Shown here: in pieces, positions 32,957 through 41,817 of the stretch | How positions within the stretch are numbered: the first letter of the stretch is position 1 | Layout: each line of letters opens with the position of its first letter | Virus record (IMG/VR): IMGVR_UViG_3300036861_000394 | Coordinates: 1-54,490 of that record | From: a virus | Lineage: Duplodnaviria; Caudoviricetes | Direction: 5' to 3' (one strand) | DNA: 54,490 nt | Made by a program: the position numbers and the translations under genes | Notes under the pieces: generated by a model | The model's database searches: none | What the model saw: only the letters and a program-made list of their open reading frames with translations | What the model was told of the DNA's origin: nothing

Positions 32957-34594
32957 TCACGCCGACCCCGCTTCCGCGAGTACCGAAAGCTGCTGGGTCC
33001 GCCGCGCGGCCAGCTCGCAGTACACCTCGCTCAACTCGATCAGGATCGAGCGGCGTCCGTGCTTGCGGGCGACGAGGCCGGTTGTGCCTGAGCCGGCAAA
33101 GCAATCCAGGACCGTCCCCGCAGTTCGAGAGGCGCTACAGCAGACGCTTACCGGATCGCGAACGTCTTGCCGCAGTGCGGGCAGGCCACCGTTCCTCGGT
33201 GCGGTTCCCGCGCCATGATCTCCAAGTTCTCCGGGCGGTTGTCCGTCTTGATCGCGTTCCGGTGATGCACCGTCTCCCCTCGTTCGAGTGATCGGCCCAG
33301 TACTTGCTCCATCACCACGCGATGCTCCAATAGGTACTTCCGTTGCTCGCGGCTGTAGATCCTGACGTACCCGTTCACATCGATGACTTTGCCGCCCTTC
33401 CAGTTCGCCGCTCGACGCTCCGGTGGGAACGGCCTGCGGTTCGCCCCCGTCTTCGTCGCCCACTCCCCGGCACACTTCAGCGAGCAGCACTTGCTTCGCA
33501 TCCTCTGTGTGGGCTGCCCGCAGTTGAGACACGCAGGCCGCGTCTTCACCCGTAATCGATTCTTCGCCGTCGTGCTGCAACTCCGGCTGCAATACATCGG
33601 CCCGCGACCCTCGTAGTACTTCCCGCACTCGTCGCACTCCCTCTTGTGCGGGCGGTCGCTCGGCCAGTTTCGAGTGCTGCTCATCTACGAATGGAGCATA
33701 ACAGGCGGAGCAGACATACTCAGGGCATCCGGCGAGAATGCAGCGGCGGACGAGCTCCTGCGGGTAGGTGGCGAAGTGCGCCTCGGGATAGGGCTCGGTG
33801 GCGATCTCCCAGACGGAGCGGATGTTGCGGCCCGAGCCTGGCGTGAATCGCTCGTCAGTTCCATGCCCTCCGTCGATAGCCGAGCTCCGAGCCCCGCCCT
33901 GTCGTCCTGCGAAGCCGTTACCACTCGGTAGTCCAGCGTCCTTTTCGCGGACAGCCTCGGCATCCCAGAAGTACCGAGCCGACTTCGAGAGCAGGAAGAT
34001 CCGCGAGTGCGAAGTCGTTGGCCGATCTCTCGTCGACTCTGGCATCGGATTCGACTTGTGCCAGATGATCTCGCTCCTGAGATACCAGCCGTCTGCGCGG
34101 AGGGCGAAGGCTAGGAGCCAGGGTGCGCCGATGAGGTCCTTTTGCTTCAGCCCTGCTACGGCTGTATTCGCCGCCCGCCCTCCTCGATCGCGCCACGCCG
34201 CAAGCCCTCGCGCATGTTCGTATCGCTCGTCATCCTCATATCGAGCCTGTCGGCGCTGGTCGTGCGCGCTGGACTGATCCTCGATCTGCTTCCCACCAGC
34301 CTGCGCGTAACTGTCCCCGATTTCGATCCAGCAGGTGCCATCGGCGCGCAAGATCCTTCGCACCTCCTGGAAGACCTCAACGAGCTTGGCGACCCATTCC
34401 TCAGGGGTGGGCTCGAGACCTAGTTCAAGCGACTTGTCCTCATGCCCGTCAGGCAGATACGAACGAAGCCCGTAGAACGGCGGCGAGGTCACGCAGCAGT
34501 GAACCGACTCGCTCGGGAGCTCGCGAAGGACGGTGAGCGCGTCGCCCTGATAGAGGGTGAGGTCGGCATCCTCAAGGTAGGACTTGGGGGTCAT
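32957..34594 (-). CDS. DNA N4/N6 methyltransferase (beta class) with an insertion of about 180 aa
   Basis: VTSPPF, IIWHK.NPMPES..DR, HFA.YP..L...CI.AG, VLDCFAGSGTT, IELS..Y. Confidence 0.9.
   Translation of the reverse strand: MTPKSYLEDADLTLYQGDALTVLRELPSESVHCCVTSPPFYGLRSYLPDGHEDKSLELGLEPTPEEWVAKLVEVFQEVRRILRADGTCWIEIGDSYAQAGGKQIEDQSSAHDQRRQARYEDDERYEHARGLAAWRDRGGRAANTAVAGLKQKDLIGAPWLLAFALRADGWYLRSEIIWHKSNPMPESTRDRPTTSHSRIFLLSKSARYFWDAEAVREKDAGLPSGNGFAGRQGGARSSAIDGGHGTDERFTPGSGRNIRSVWEIATEPYPEAHFATYPQELVRRCILAGCPEYVCSACYAPFVDEQHSKLAERPPAQEGVRRVREVLRGSRADVLQPELQHDGEESITGEDAACVSQLRAAHTEDAKQVLLAEVCRGVGDEDGGEPQAVPTGASSGELEGRQSHRCERVRQDLQPRATEVPIGASRGDGASTGPITRTRGDGASPERDQDGQPPGELGDHGAGTAPRNGGLPALRQDVRDPVSVCCSASRTAGTVLDCFAGSGTTGLVARKHGRRSILIELSEVYCELAARRTQQLSVLAEAGSA
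33148..33684 (-). CDS. HNH endonuclease nested in the +1 frame of the methyltransferase
   Basis: Zn motifs, NWKGG, GYVRI, EHRVVME..LGR.L...E.VHH.N..K.DNR.ENL. Confidence 0.9.
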   Translation of the reverse strand: MSSTRNWPSDRPHKRECDECGKYYEGRGPMYCSRSCSTTAKNRLRVKTRPACLNCGQPTQRMRSKCCSLKCAGEWATKTGANRRPFPPERRAANWKGGKVIDVNGYVRIYSREQRKYLLEHRVVMEQVLGRSLERGETVHHRNAIKTDNRPENLEIMAREPHRGTVACPHCGKTFAIR

Positions 34595-34812
34595 ACTGCC
34601 TCCAGATTGGCCTCGCGCTCAATACGCCTGCGGTCCGCCCAGTACGCCTCTTTGCGGCCTCGATCTTTAACCTCATAAACGACTTCTTCCTTCTCAAACC
34701 AAAGCTTTGCGTGGGCATACGAGCAGAAGTGCCACTGGTCATTGTTGACCGCAATCTTGGAGTGATAGCCACAGTCCTTCTTGCACCAGTCACAATGTTT
34801 ATGAATGCTCAT
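34591..34812 (-). CDS. Small Zn-binding protein
   Basis: CDWC...HFCS..H. Confidence 0.6.
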   Translation of the reverse strand: MSIHKHCDWCKKDCGYHSKIAVNNDQWHFCSYAHAKLWFEKEEVVYEVKDRGRKEAYWADRRRIEREANLEAV

Positions 34813-35036
34813 GCCAAATCTCCCTTTGCCATCCCATGCGGCACAAGCCGATCGAACCGATCCTCGTAGTCACGCAATACGGCTGCAAGCGCATCATCGA
34901 GCCCCCGGTAGGTGCCGAGATCGAATCCGAAGGCCATCGCCTGATATCGCGCAGGCTCGTTCCTGGTGATGAGATAGTGCCTGCCGCCCCAGGAATATGT
35001 CTGCGGTGTCGGCTTTCGTTGGCGGTGGAACTTCAT
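34809..35036 (-). CDS. Hypothetical protein
   Basis: Starts MKFHRQRK. Confidence 0.55.
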   Translation of the reverse strand: MKFHRQRKPTPQTYSWGGRHYLITRNEPARYQAMAFGFDLGTYRGLDDALAAVLRDYEDRFDRLVPHGMAKGDLA

Positions 35037-35046
35037 TTCCCGGCCA

Positions 35047-35235
35047 TCACTGGAGCCATCCCGGAAGCCGCCCGCGCCGTCGGGCAAAGAGACGGCAGCC
35101 CAGCTTTGTATTGAAGGTACGAAAGACGAGATATTTGCCCGCGTTGTAGTTCACGCTGTATCGCGGGAAAGGCCGCGGGCCGTGCCAACGCTCGAATATG
35201 AGATAGGTCGTCTTTCGCTGACGACGGAATTTCAT
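35047..35235 (-). CDS. Hypothetical protein
   Basis: Starts MKFRRQRK. Confidence 0.5.
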   Translation of the reverse strand: MKFRRQRKTTYLIFERWHGPRPFPRYSVNYNAGKYLVFRTFNTKLGCRLFARRRGRLPGWLQ

Positions 35236-35486
35236 GCCGACCTCTCGCAGTCGCTCTCGGAGCGGGCCGAGGCGCTCGACGAGCGGGGGGCCGACCTATA
35301 AAAGTCTGCACCCAGCGGCCAGTCGCTATCTGTATGGCCTCCCCCTAGGCGGCGAAGCCTCCAGGGTACTACCACCGCTTGCTCCCGCTCGTCCAACGCC
35401 CGCTGAATCTCAGAAGCCTGGCCCAGCCCGTAGGCGATGTAGAGGAAGCCAAAGGCAATCAGAACGTAGGCGAGGGTGGCGATCAT
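35232..35486 (-). CDS. Small membrane protein
   Basis: N-terminal TM segment MIATLAYVLIAFGFLYIAYGLG. Confidence 0.55.
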   Translation of the reverse strand: MIATLAYVLIAFGFLYIAYGLGQASEIQRALDEREQAVVVPWRLRRLGGGHTDSDWPLGADFYRSAPRSSSASARSESDCERSA

Positions 35487-35695
35487 GCGATTGACCATCG
35501 CGCTTCGTCCGCTAGCTCAAGCGTCTTAACGTCTTCGTCTGTGAGCTCAAACCCCCAAATAGCCAAGCCCGGCGCGTGCTTCGTCCAGCCATCTACCGGA
35601 TGCTTCGTAAGAATGTCTCCTGGAAGGAGCGGATAGTTCGTATGGATGGGGTGCTTACCGGCGAGCTCCACCGTTACGCGGTATTGGTGCTTCAT
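35483..35695 (-). CDS. Hypothetical protein
   Basis: First ORF after attP; coupled to the next gene. Confidence 0.55.
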   Translation of the reverse strand: MKHQYRVTVELAGKHPIHTNYPLLPGDILTKHPVDGWTKHAPGLAIWGFELTDEDVKTLELADEARWSIA

Positions 35696-35857
35696 GCTGC
35701 CCCAGCCTTTGTAACACCGAAAACCCCGCGATATGCAGGGAGAGTGTTACAAACTACTGAGGCGTTCCTAACAGCGGTTCGAGCCCGCTCAGGGACATGC
35801 GTCTGTTGCCAAGGCTGACGAAGTTCCTGCAAATACCCGGAATCGGATTGACCCTGA

Positions 35858-35884
35858 ACGCGGGTTCGATTCCCGCCGCCTCCA
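35858..35884 (+). other. attP core: 3' end of a tmRNA (ssrA) or tRNA gene
   Basis: ACGCGGGTTCGATTCCCGCCGCCTCCA is a T-arm plus 3' acceptor strand only, about 400 bp from the integrase. Confidence 0.8.
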
Positions 35885-35918
35885 ATGTCCCTGCAAATGG
35901 GGATTTCGGTCTGTCGCG

Positions 35919-36275
35919 TCATTTGCTTGATCCGGCATCCCTGATTGACTCCACGCGGCCATGTGTAAACCGCGCGATGTATTCCATCCAGCCACCGTTG
36001 GGGCCGGATGCGTAGAACGTGATATCGCCGTGGTGTAAGACTTCCTCCTGGCCTAGATCGGTTCTCCTGAACGGATGGTTACCTGCCGCAAAGGGCTTGT
36101 TTTTGTCGTGGTCTAGATTCTCGTCGAGGAGATGGCGGTCCACGAGCAATCGCCCGTCCTCGGTGATGGTGTACATGTCGAGATTGCAGTCGAGGTCCTT
36201 GGTCTGGAACGCGAAGTCTTGAGCCTCGGGGTCGGGCAACGGGTATTTGCACCGGATGTCATCGAACATGCCCAC
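35919..36275 (-). CDS. Conserved hypothetical phage protein
   Basis: GMFD.I.C..PLP, FQTKDL.C....Y.I..DGRL, W.EY.A.F..G. Confidence 0.7.
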   Translation of the reverse strand: MGMFDDIRCKYPLPDPEAQDFAFQTKDLDCNLDMYTITEDGRLLVDRHLLDENLDHDKNKPFAAGNHPFRRTDLGQEEVLHHGDITFYASGPNGGWMEYIARFTHGRVESIRDAGSSK

Positions 36276-36277
36276 CG

Positions 36278-37435
36278 CTACTCCTCCACCATCGCCCTCA
36301 ACGCAGCCTCAAGGTCTGCCGTCGTCAGATGCGCATACATGGCCGTCGTCCGAATGTTCTTATGGCCGGCGAGCTTCCGCGCGAGCTCCAGGTTGCCCGT
36401 GGCGCGCAGCAGGTCGGTGATCGCGCCGTGCCGCCCCCGATGCATGTTCTGGCCGCTCGTCGTGCCCTTATCAACAAGGCCTGCGTTCTCTAGGCAGCGA
36501 TACCACCAGAGGTGCATCCGCTTCCCGGAGGGCTCGCGGTCGTGCTTGCGGCTCGTTGTCCAGGCATAGCCCTGCATCGTTCCCGGCTCGATCTCCAGGA
36601 TCTCGGTTGCCTCTTCGATCTCTACCTTCCGCCGACGCGTGTCCGTGCGCCAATTGATGAGGTAGTCGTCGGAGCCGAGGCGCAACTCAAGCTGCGTCAG
36701 TCCGAGCTCGCGCCAGAATTCTTCCTCCGGGATAGGCAGCGGATAGATACGCCCGCCCTTCGTGAAGACGGTGATCTCTCGCTTCTCAAAGTCGAAATGC
36801 TTGAACTGGCAAGCGGCGAGCGCGCCGCGCCGTAGGCCGTAGCGAAGAACGAGGACGCAGCCCAGGCGGTCAGGAAGGTAAGCCTGACCGGCGATCATCG
36901 CTGCCACGAACTCGTGGGAGAAGGTCTCGATCAGGACATCCCGCTTCTTCGGCGAGGAGAGGGCTCGGGCCGGATTGCCGCGCATCTTTCGCTCGCGCAC
37001 GGCCCAATCGAAGAAGTCAACCCAGACCGAGCGCACCTTCGCGCGCGTCCTGCCGGAGAGGTCGCCCCAGTAGCGATCCCAGCATTCGCGCAGGCGATCA
37101 GTCCCGTCCGGCGGCTCGAAATCGGCGAGGCCGAGCTCGGCATGGAAGAGAACTAGGCGCGCGAGGATCGCCTCGTAATCGACAAGCGTCAGGTCAGCTG
37201 CGCCCCATTCGTTCTTCTTCCAGCGCAGGTAGAGACCGACCTCTGGCCCGGTCGCGGTGTTTACCCGGTAGCTCTTGTCCTTCAGGGCTTCTCGGATGAT
37301 CCTCGCCGCTTCCCCTACGGTCAAGGCGGAATGGTCAGGCATGTCCCCCCATTGGGCGGCGGTCAAGTAGGTCTCGGTGGCGAGAGCGGTCAAGACACCC
37401 GCTTCCCGGTGCCAGGCGGATCGCCCTTTTTCCAC
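36278..37435 (-). CDS. int: Tyrosine integrase (start may be TTG 37393)
   Basis: GLR, KGG, HRGRH, LAGH...TT..Y catalytic motifs. Confidence 0.9.
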   Translation of the reverse strand: MEKGRSAWHREAGVLTALATETYLTAAQWGDMPDHSALTVGEAARIIREALKDKSYRVNTATGPEVGLYLRWKKNEWGAADLTLVDYEAILARLVLFHAELGLADFEPPDGTDRLRECWDRYWGDLSGRTRAKVRSVWVDFFDWAVRERKMRGNPARALSSPKKRDVLIETFSHEFVAAMIAGQAYLPDRLGCVLVLRYGLRRGALAACQFKHFDFEKREITVFTKGGRIYPLPIPEEEFWRELGLTQLELRLGSDDYLINWRTDTRRRKVEIEEATEILEIEPGTMQGYAWTTSRKHDREPSGKRMHLWWYRCLENAGLVDKGTTSGQNMHRGRHGAITDLLRATGNLELARKLAGHKNIRTTAMYAHLTTADLEAALRAMVEE

Positions 37436-37641
37436 AAGGTCATTTCGCGCGTCAGCACATCTACGTCGTCGGGGCTGCGAAGGATGTGCTCTGCGACAAG
37501 ATCGAAGACGGCTGCCACGGCGTCCTCGTGGCCTTCATCGTCCGCATCAAAGAGAGCGCGCTTCTCCGCTTCGCTCCATCCTTCGATGACGCGGCTCAGA
37601 GCAATGCGGCCGGAGACTTCAAGCTCGACGTAGACGCTCAC
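37390..37641 (-). CDS. Hypothetical protein
   Basis: VSVYVELEV start, coupled to its neighbours. Confidence 0.45.
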   Translation of the reverse strand: MSVYVELEVSGRIALSRVIEGWSEAEKRALFDADDEGHEDAVAAVFDLVAEHILRSPDDVDVLTREMTLWKKGDPPGTGKRVS

Positions 37642-37902
37642 CCCACACCCCGCGTCCAGAACCTCCGCGAGCGGGGCGACGGTATCTCTCCGCCGGGTAT
37701 CCCGTACCTTGGTCCCCGCTCGCGCAAGTTCTTGGCGATGAAGGTGAGGGTTGAGACGTTCACGTCTTCGCCTCCATGACAGAGACGAACATGGCGCCCA
37801 ATCCAATGAGCAGGAGGAGCACCCATGCATTCACCAACATGAGCAGAGCTGCGAGCGTCGCGGCGAGACCGCCGATAAAAACGAGATTCGCGACCCTCGA
37901 AC

Positions 37903-38187
37903 TCACACTCTCAACTCCTTCAACGCGCGCCCAACCGCAATATCCCGCCCGATCCGCTTACAGAACGTGTCCTTGTCGGAACACTTGGCGACGCCGAATG
38001 CAACGCGGCCGTCGGCAAGCGCAATCCGCGCGCTCGTTCGGCCACCCTTTGCGGCAATCTTTAGGCCCATTGTTTTTGCCATCACGTGATGGCTGATGTA
38101 GCCCTCGGGAATGTTGCTATCGGGCAAGATGACCGCGCGCAGATGCGATACCTTTACGCTCGCGCCTTCGGGGATTTGGGGTCTCAT
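37903..38187 (-). CDS. Conserved hypothetical phage protein
   Basis: KGG.T...G.A.CS.KD.FCK.IGR.IA.GRA motif. Confidence 0.7.
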   Translation of the reverse strand: MRPQIPEGASVKVSHLRAVILPDSNIPEGYISHHVMAKTMGLKIAAKGGRTSARIALADGRVAFGVAKCSDKDTFCKRIGRDIAVGRALKELRV

Positions 38188-38426
38188 GCCTTCACCAGAC
38201 GCTTGAATCGGACGATGCCGTCCGCCTTCTCAACCATGCAGGGTTTGCCGTCCAGCTTCTCGATGCTATAAACGCTGCCGAGAAGTGCCTGTCCTTCTTC
38301 CGAGTTAATTTCAAAGACCTGGAGTGCACTCCAGCCCTCGCCTACCACATCGAAGAACATGACGGGATGGCCGAGGTCGCGGCGTCCACAGCCAGGTTCG
38401 CGGATGATCGCTAGTTCTTCGCTCAT
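38184..38426 (-). CDS. Hypothetical protein
   Basis: ATGA coupled. Confidence 0.55.
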   Translation of the reverse strand: MSEELAIIREPGCGRRDLGHPVMFFDVVGEGWSALQVFEINSEEGQALLGSVYSIEKLDGKPCMVEKADGIVRFKRLVKA

Positions 38427-38641
38427 GCCGCCCACCGACTCCCGCAATCCTCACACCATCCGACCGGCTCCAGTCCCTCCTCGATGTGCACGACCGAAGC
38501 GCCGCAATCCGGGCAGGCGAACTCGTGACAATCGCTGATCCCCTCGTGATCGACGTGGCAGGACGGGTCGCAGCGCACGAAGCAGCGGGCGGCGTCGTCC
38601 CAGAGGCGGTGTGGGGGGAGGGCGTGGGCGGTCATGGTCAC
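38423..38641 (-). CDS. Zn-ribbon protein
   Basis: CPDCG...WCEDCG. Confidence 0.55.
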   Translation of the reverse strand: MTMTAHALPPHRLWDDAARCFVRCDPSCHVDHEGISDCHEFACPDCGASVVHIEEGLEPVGWCEDCGSRWAA

Positions 38642-38997
38642 GCGCTCGCGTCCGCAGCTTTCCTGAGTGCCGCGACGACTTCTGCCTTCGTGCGACCGGG
38701 CTGATCGTTCCAACACGCGACGTTGCGGATGTAATCGGAACGCCAGAGACCCGCGGAGAGCTCCTCCCAGCCTCCTCGCCCGCTCCCGAGATCGGCGCCG
38801 GACTGCCGATATGCGCCGTAAACACAGAACGCCTCAGGAGAATGAAAGCGACAGTCCGTATGCCCGAACTCACAGACCCGGTAGTGCCCCTGGCACCACC
38901 CGAACTCCTCGATCAGGTCGGCGGCGCGATGGAGCCGCTCGCGGATCGTGACCTCGGGCCTGGTCTCTACCTGTTGCTCGATCTCGATGGTTGCCAT
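38638..38997 (-). CDS. DUF6197-like protein
   Basis: AADLIE..GW.QG, C..GA, WND.PGRT..EVV..LR.AA. Confidence 0.7.
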   Translation of the reverse strand: MATIEIEQQVETRPEVTIRERLHRAADLIEEFGWCQGHYRVCEFGHTDCRFHSPEAFCVYGAYRQSGADLGSGRGGWEELSAGLWRSDYIRNVACWNDQPGRTKAEVVAALRKAADASA

Positions 38998-39008
38998 CAG
39001 GACTCCTT

Positions 39009-39218
39009 TCAGTCCTCGGGGTCGGCTGGCTCTAGCGGGTCGGGATGCGGCGCTACAACATTCGGCTCTACAACATTCACGTCGTCCTCCTGGAAGTCGG
39101 GGTGGCCGGACCATTCGTCCTTGTGTTCTCGGAGGCGCAGCGCATTCGAGGCAGCCGCATCGAGATAGGCCGAGACCTCGTCATCGGTGACAAATCCGCG
39201 ATCATCATTCCAACCCAT
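39009..39218 (-). CDS. Acidic hypothetical protein
   Basis: TGATG coupling. Confidence 0.5.
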   Translation of the reverse strand: MGWNDDRGFVTDDEVSAYLDAAASNALRLREHKDEWSGHPDFQEDDVNVVEPNVVAPHPDPLEPADPED

Positions 39219-40162
39219 CAGAAGGGAACCACCTCGGCTTGGAGCGACTGCCAGAGCTCTCCTCGCTCGGCGTTCGTCAGCTTGGATGCACTCTTGCCGG
39301 GGAAGAGCTCGTGGCCGATCGCCTGCACGACCTCGCGCTCGATTCCCGCCTCTTCGATCTTGGCGTTCAGGGCATCGGAGTCAAGGCCGATCCGCATTCC
39401 CCGCGATTCGGAGGCTGGCTTATCGGGCTGAGCCTTTCCGCCCTTGGCCCACTCGCCGAGCAGCTTCCCGGTCTCCTCGTCGATCGGCTGATCGGGCGGG
39501 AAGAATGGCTTGTGCTGTTCCTGCAACTTGATTGGCTTCGGGATTCCCGGAGCGCCCGCCATGAGCAGGAATGAGGCCGTGAGCTCATAGGGCAGCATCT
39601 TCTCGGTGATCGGGAGCCAGCCATCGAGGCCGGTCAGGGATGCCTTCGGGACGATCTTCCATTTCCCATCCTGATCCTTGACCTGCTCAACCTTCGGCTC
39701 GGCGCGGAAGCAGAGGATGACGTGCGCGTTCACTTGAAGCAGGCGCGTGACCATCTTCTTGTGCTCGCGCTTGACCGGAATCCAAGCGGAGAGGTTCTTC
39801 TTCGGATCGCCGCCCGCGATCTCGTCGTGCCAGTCGAGGCATCCGCCATCGCCTGCCCACTCGTGCGAGACCGAGTCAACGAGGATTACGCCAAAACCCT
39901 CAGCGTCCGCCGCTTGAACCGCGTCCGCATACTTGTCTGGACGGAACGGCGCCGTGATGTCGGCGTGCTGCATCTCCGGGAACAGGTCGGCGTAGTGCTT
40001 TGCGCGTCCGTTCTCCGTGTCCACGATCGCGAACGGCTGCCCGCCCGCGAGACCGCGCGCGAAGAGAAGTGCGCTATAGGTCTTGCCGCTTCCGGTTCCG
40101 CCAGCGAGACCGATCAGGAGCGGGACGTTCTCCCGCTTGGCGGGACGGAAGACAAAGCTCAT
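39218..40162 (-). CDS. AAA ATPase, Sak4-like single-strand annealing protein
   Basis: G.TGSGKTYSAL, DTE, DS.SHEW.G.GG, H.I.C.R. Confidence 0.85.
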   Translation of the reverse strand: MSFVFRPAKRENVPLLIGLAGGTGSGKTYSALLFARGLAGGQPFAIVDTENGRAKHYADLFPEMQHADITAPFRPDKYADAVQAADAEGFGVILVDSVSHEWAGDGGCLDWHDEIAGGDPKKNLSAWIPVKREHKKMVTRLLQVNAHVILCFRAEPKVEQVKDQDGKWKIVPKASLTGLDGWLPITEKMLPYELTASFLLMAGAPGIPKPIKLQEQHKPFFPPDQPIDEETGKLLGEWAKGGKAQPDKPASESRGMRIGLDSDALNAKIEEAGIEREVVQAIGHELFPGKSASKLTNAERGELWQSLQAEVVPF

Positions 40163-40362
40163 GATGTTTCCACCGTCTGCATCACGGTCTGAAGAACGTG
40201 GTCGTAATCGCCACTCATTGCCTCAGCGATAAAGGCGTCGATTTCAGCCTTCGGAATGTCGGCGCGGCGAAGCGCCTTTGAAGTACGCGCGATGATGAAC
40301 ATCGCATTCCCGTCTTCGCCCGAAAGCTGTACTTCAATGTGCGGATACCTGACTCCACTCAT
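40159..40362 (-). CDS. Conserved hypothetical phage protein
   Basis: V.L.GEDGNA...A.SGDY..V motif. Confidence 0.7.
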   Translation of the reverse strand: MSGVRYPHIEVQLSGEDGNAMFIIARTSKALRRADIPKAEIDAFIAEAMSGDYDHVLQTVMQTVETS

Positions 40363-41240
40363 ACCGCTTCCCTACCTTCCTTTTCGAGCCAGCGCGCCTC
40401 TTCCCATGCCGGGAGCTCGGCGTAGCAGACTTCGGTCGGGAAGGCCGGCCATTCATTCGAGGCGAGGCATTCGCGCCAGCGGTTGATCGCGTAGTCGACC
40501 TTGGCATCGGCTACCGCGAGTACGTCCGGTCCGAGTGAGACAACGCTCAGCGCATAGGGCGGGAAGGTCTCCTGCACGATGTAGCGCATGATGGCGTCGA
40601 TGCCCGTGATCGCCTTGAGGCCGCGCAGATAGAACGCGCTCTGAATGTCGGCACCGATGCCGAACAGCGTCCGCCGCGTCCAAACCTCGGGGTTCGCACT
40701 CGCGCTCGTCGTCTTAAAATCGTCGATCGCGGAGTAGTCGTTCCGAAGCCAGTCGAGAAGCGCGCGGCAAAGAATGCCGTCTTCCTCCCAGATCAGAGAT
40801 TGCTCTGGCTGCCCGTCAGTGAGTAGCGGCGGCTCGGCATTCACAGCGGCGAGTTGCCGTCTGGTCGCGGTCAGCATCGCCGCAACGCTCTCTACGGTAT
40901 GGGCGAGGAGCGCGACCTTGCCCGCCGCACGTGCCGCCTCCCGCTCGTCCTTTGCAGCGTTCGTCCGCCAGTCCTTTGCGTTGACGATGACCACCGCGTC
41001 CTCGAGCTCCCGACCTTCCAGGAGAAGGGAATGCGCGACCGTGCCGAGATCGAAGCGGTCTTCGCGCCGTTCCCTGAAATCCGGGTTCAGCTTCGGATGC
41101 GCCGTCCAGGCATGGAGTGGCGATTGCGAGCAGAGAATGTAGGCGATCGACGCCGAGAGCGATGGGCGCTCACACGGATCGGCGTGGTAAGCCTCGGCCG
41201 AAAGCGAGATGATGCCCGGAAGTTGGGCCACTTCGCTCAT
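40359..41240 (-). CDS. RecE / Exo VIII-like PD-(D/E)XK exonuclease
   Basis: YH...SLS.S, GT.AH..LLE, E.S..W, R...D, D.KTT, Q.A.Y. Confidence 0.85.
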   Translation of the reverse strand: MSEVAQLPGIISLSAEAYHADPCERPSLSASIAYILCSQSPLHAWTAHPKLNPDFRERREDRFDLGTVAHSLLLEGRELEDAVVIVNAKDWRTNAAKDEREAARAAGKVALLAHTVESVAAMLTATRRQLAAVNAEPPLLTDGQPEQSLIWEEDGILCRALLDWLRNDYSAIDDFKTTSASANPEVWTRRTLFGIGADIQSAFYLRGLKAITGIDAIMRYIVQETFPPYALSVVSLGPDVLAVADAKVDYAINRWRECLASNEWPAFPTEVCYAELPAWEEARWLEKEGREAV

Positions 41241-41428
41241 TCCGGCCGATCGACCACCCTGAGCGATTGCCGCCGATTATCCGGCCATTGCGCAGATTCG
41301 CGTATCCCCTGCGCGCGTAGTTCCTCCGCCCCCCGGCGCGTCGTCACCGCGAGCTCCTCGAGCTCGTAGGCGATCTTGTCGAACAGATCAGCTACGACTT
41401 CGATGACCGGATCGGAGGGCGGCCTCAT
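41237..41428 (-). CDS. Hypothetical protein
   Basis: MRPPSD start, coupled. Confidence 0.5.
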   Translation of the reverse strand: MRPPSDPVIEVVADLFDKIAYELEELAVTTRRGAEELRAQGIRESAQWPDNRRQSLRVVDRPE

Positions 41429-41592
41429 CACAGCTTCCGCCCCTCCCGTTCCGTGATCCCGTGGTATGCCTCGGAGCACTTGCGCGAACAGAACGGATCG
41501 GCCTCGTAGTAGGCGCGCTCGGTGTAGAAGACTCCGGGCAACTTCTTGCGCTTCCCGCATTGCTTGCAGTGATCGGGAGGCGGCTTCGTCAC
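41428..41592 (-). CDS. Small Zn-finger protein
   Basis: CKQCG...FCSRKC. Confidence 0.55.
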   Translation of the reverse strand: MTKPPPDHCKQCGKRKKLPGVFYTERAYYEADPFCSRKCSEAYHGITEREGRKL

Positions 41593-41817
41593 GGATATTC
41601 CCTTCGTGCGCTGCCGAGATGCAGCCTGCGCTTGAGCCACCAGAGGAGTTGGCCCCGCGCACCGATTGCATACGCGCGGGGCGTCCACTCATCTACCCGT
41701 GCCCAGCGTCTCACCAGATCCCCCTTGCCACCAGCCAGGCAAGCCCGACGTAGATCACGAGCCAGAGAAAGAGAGGCCAGCGACGGCGGGCTTGGTACTC
41801 GGAGCTCCAGGAGGGAC

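Noticed and set aside
33148-33700. Intein or group I intron in the methyltransferase
   Set aside because: No intein terminal motifs in the MTase frame, the nuclease is out of frame, and there is no room for an intron core outside the HNH ORF; splicing is not formally excluded
35692-35922. 76-aa ORF across attP, or a full tRNA/tmRNA gene here
   Set aside because: The ORF reads through the reverse complement of the att core; only the 3' arm is present, with no matching 5' half
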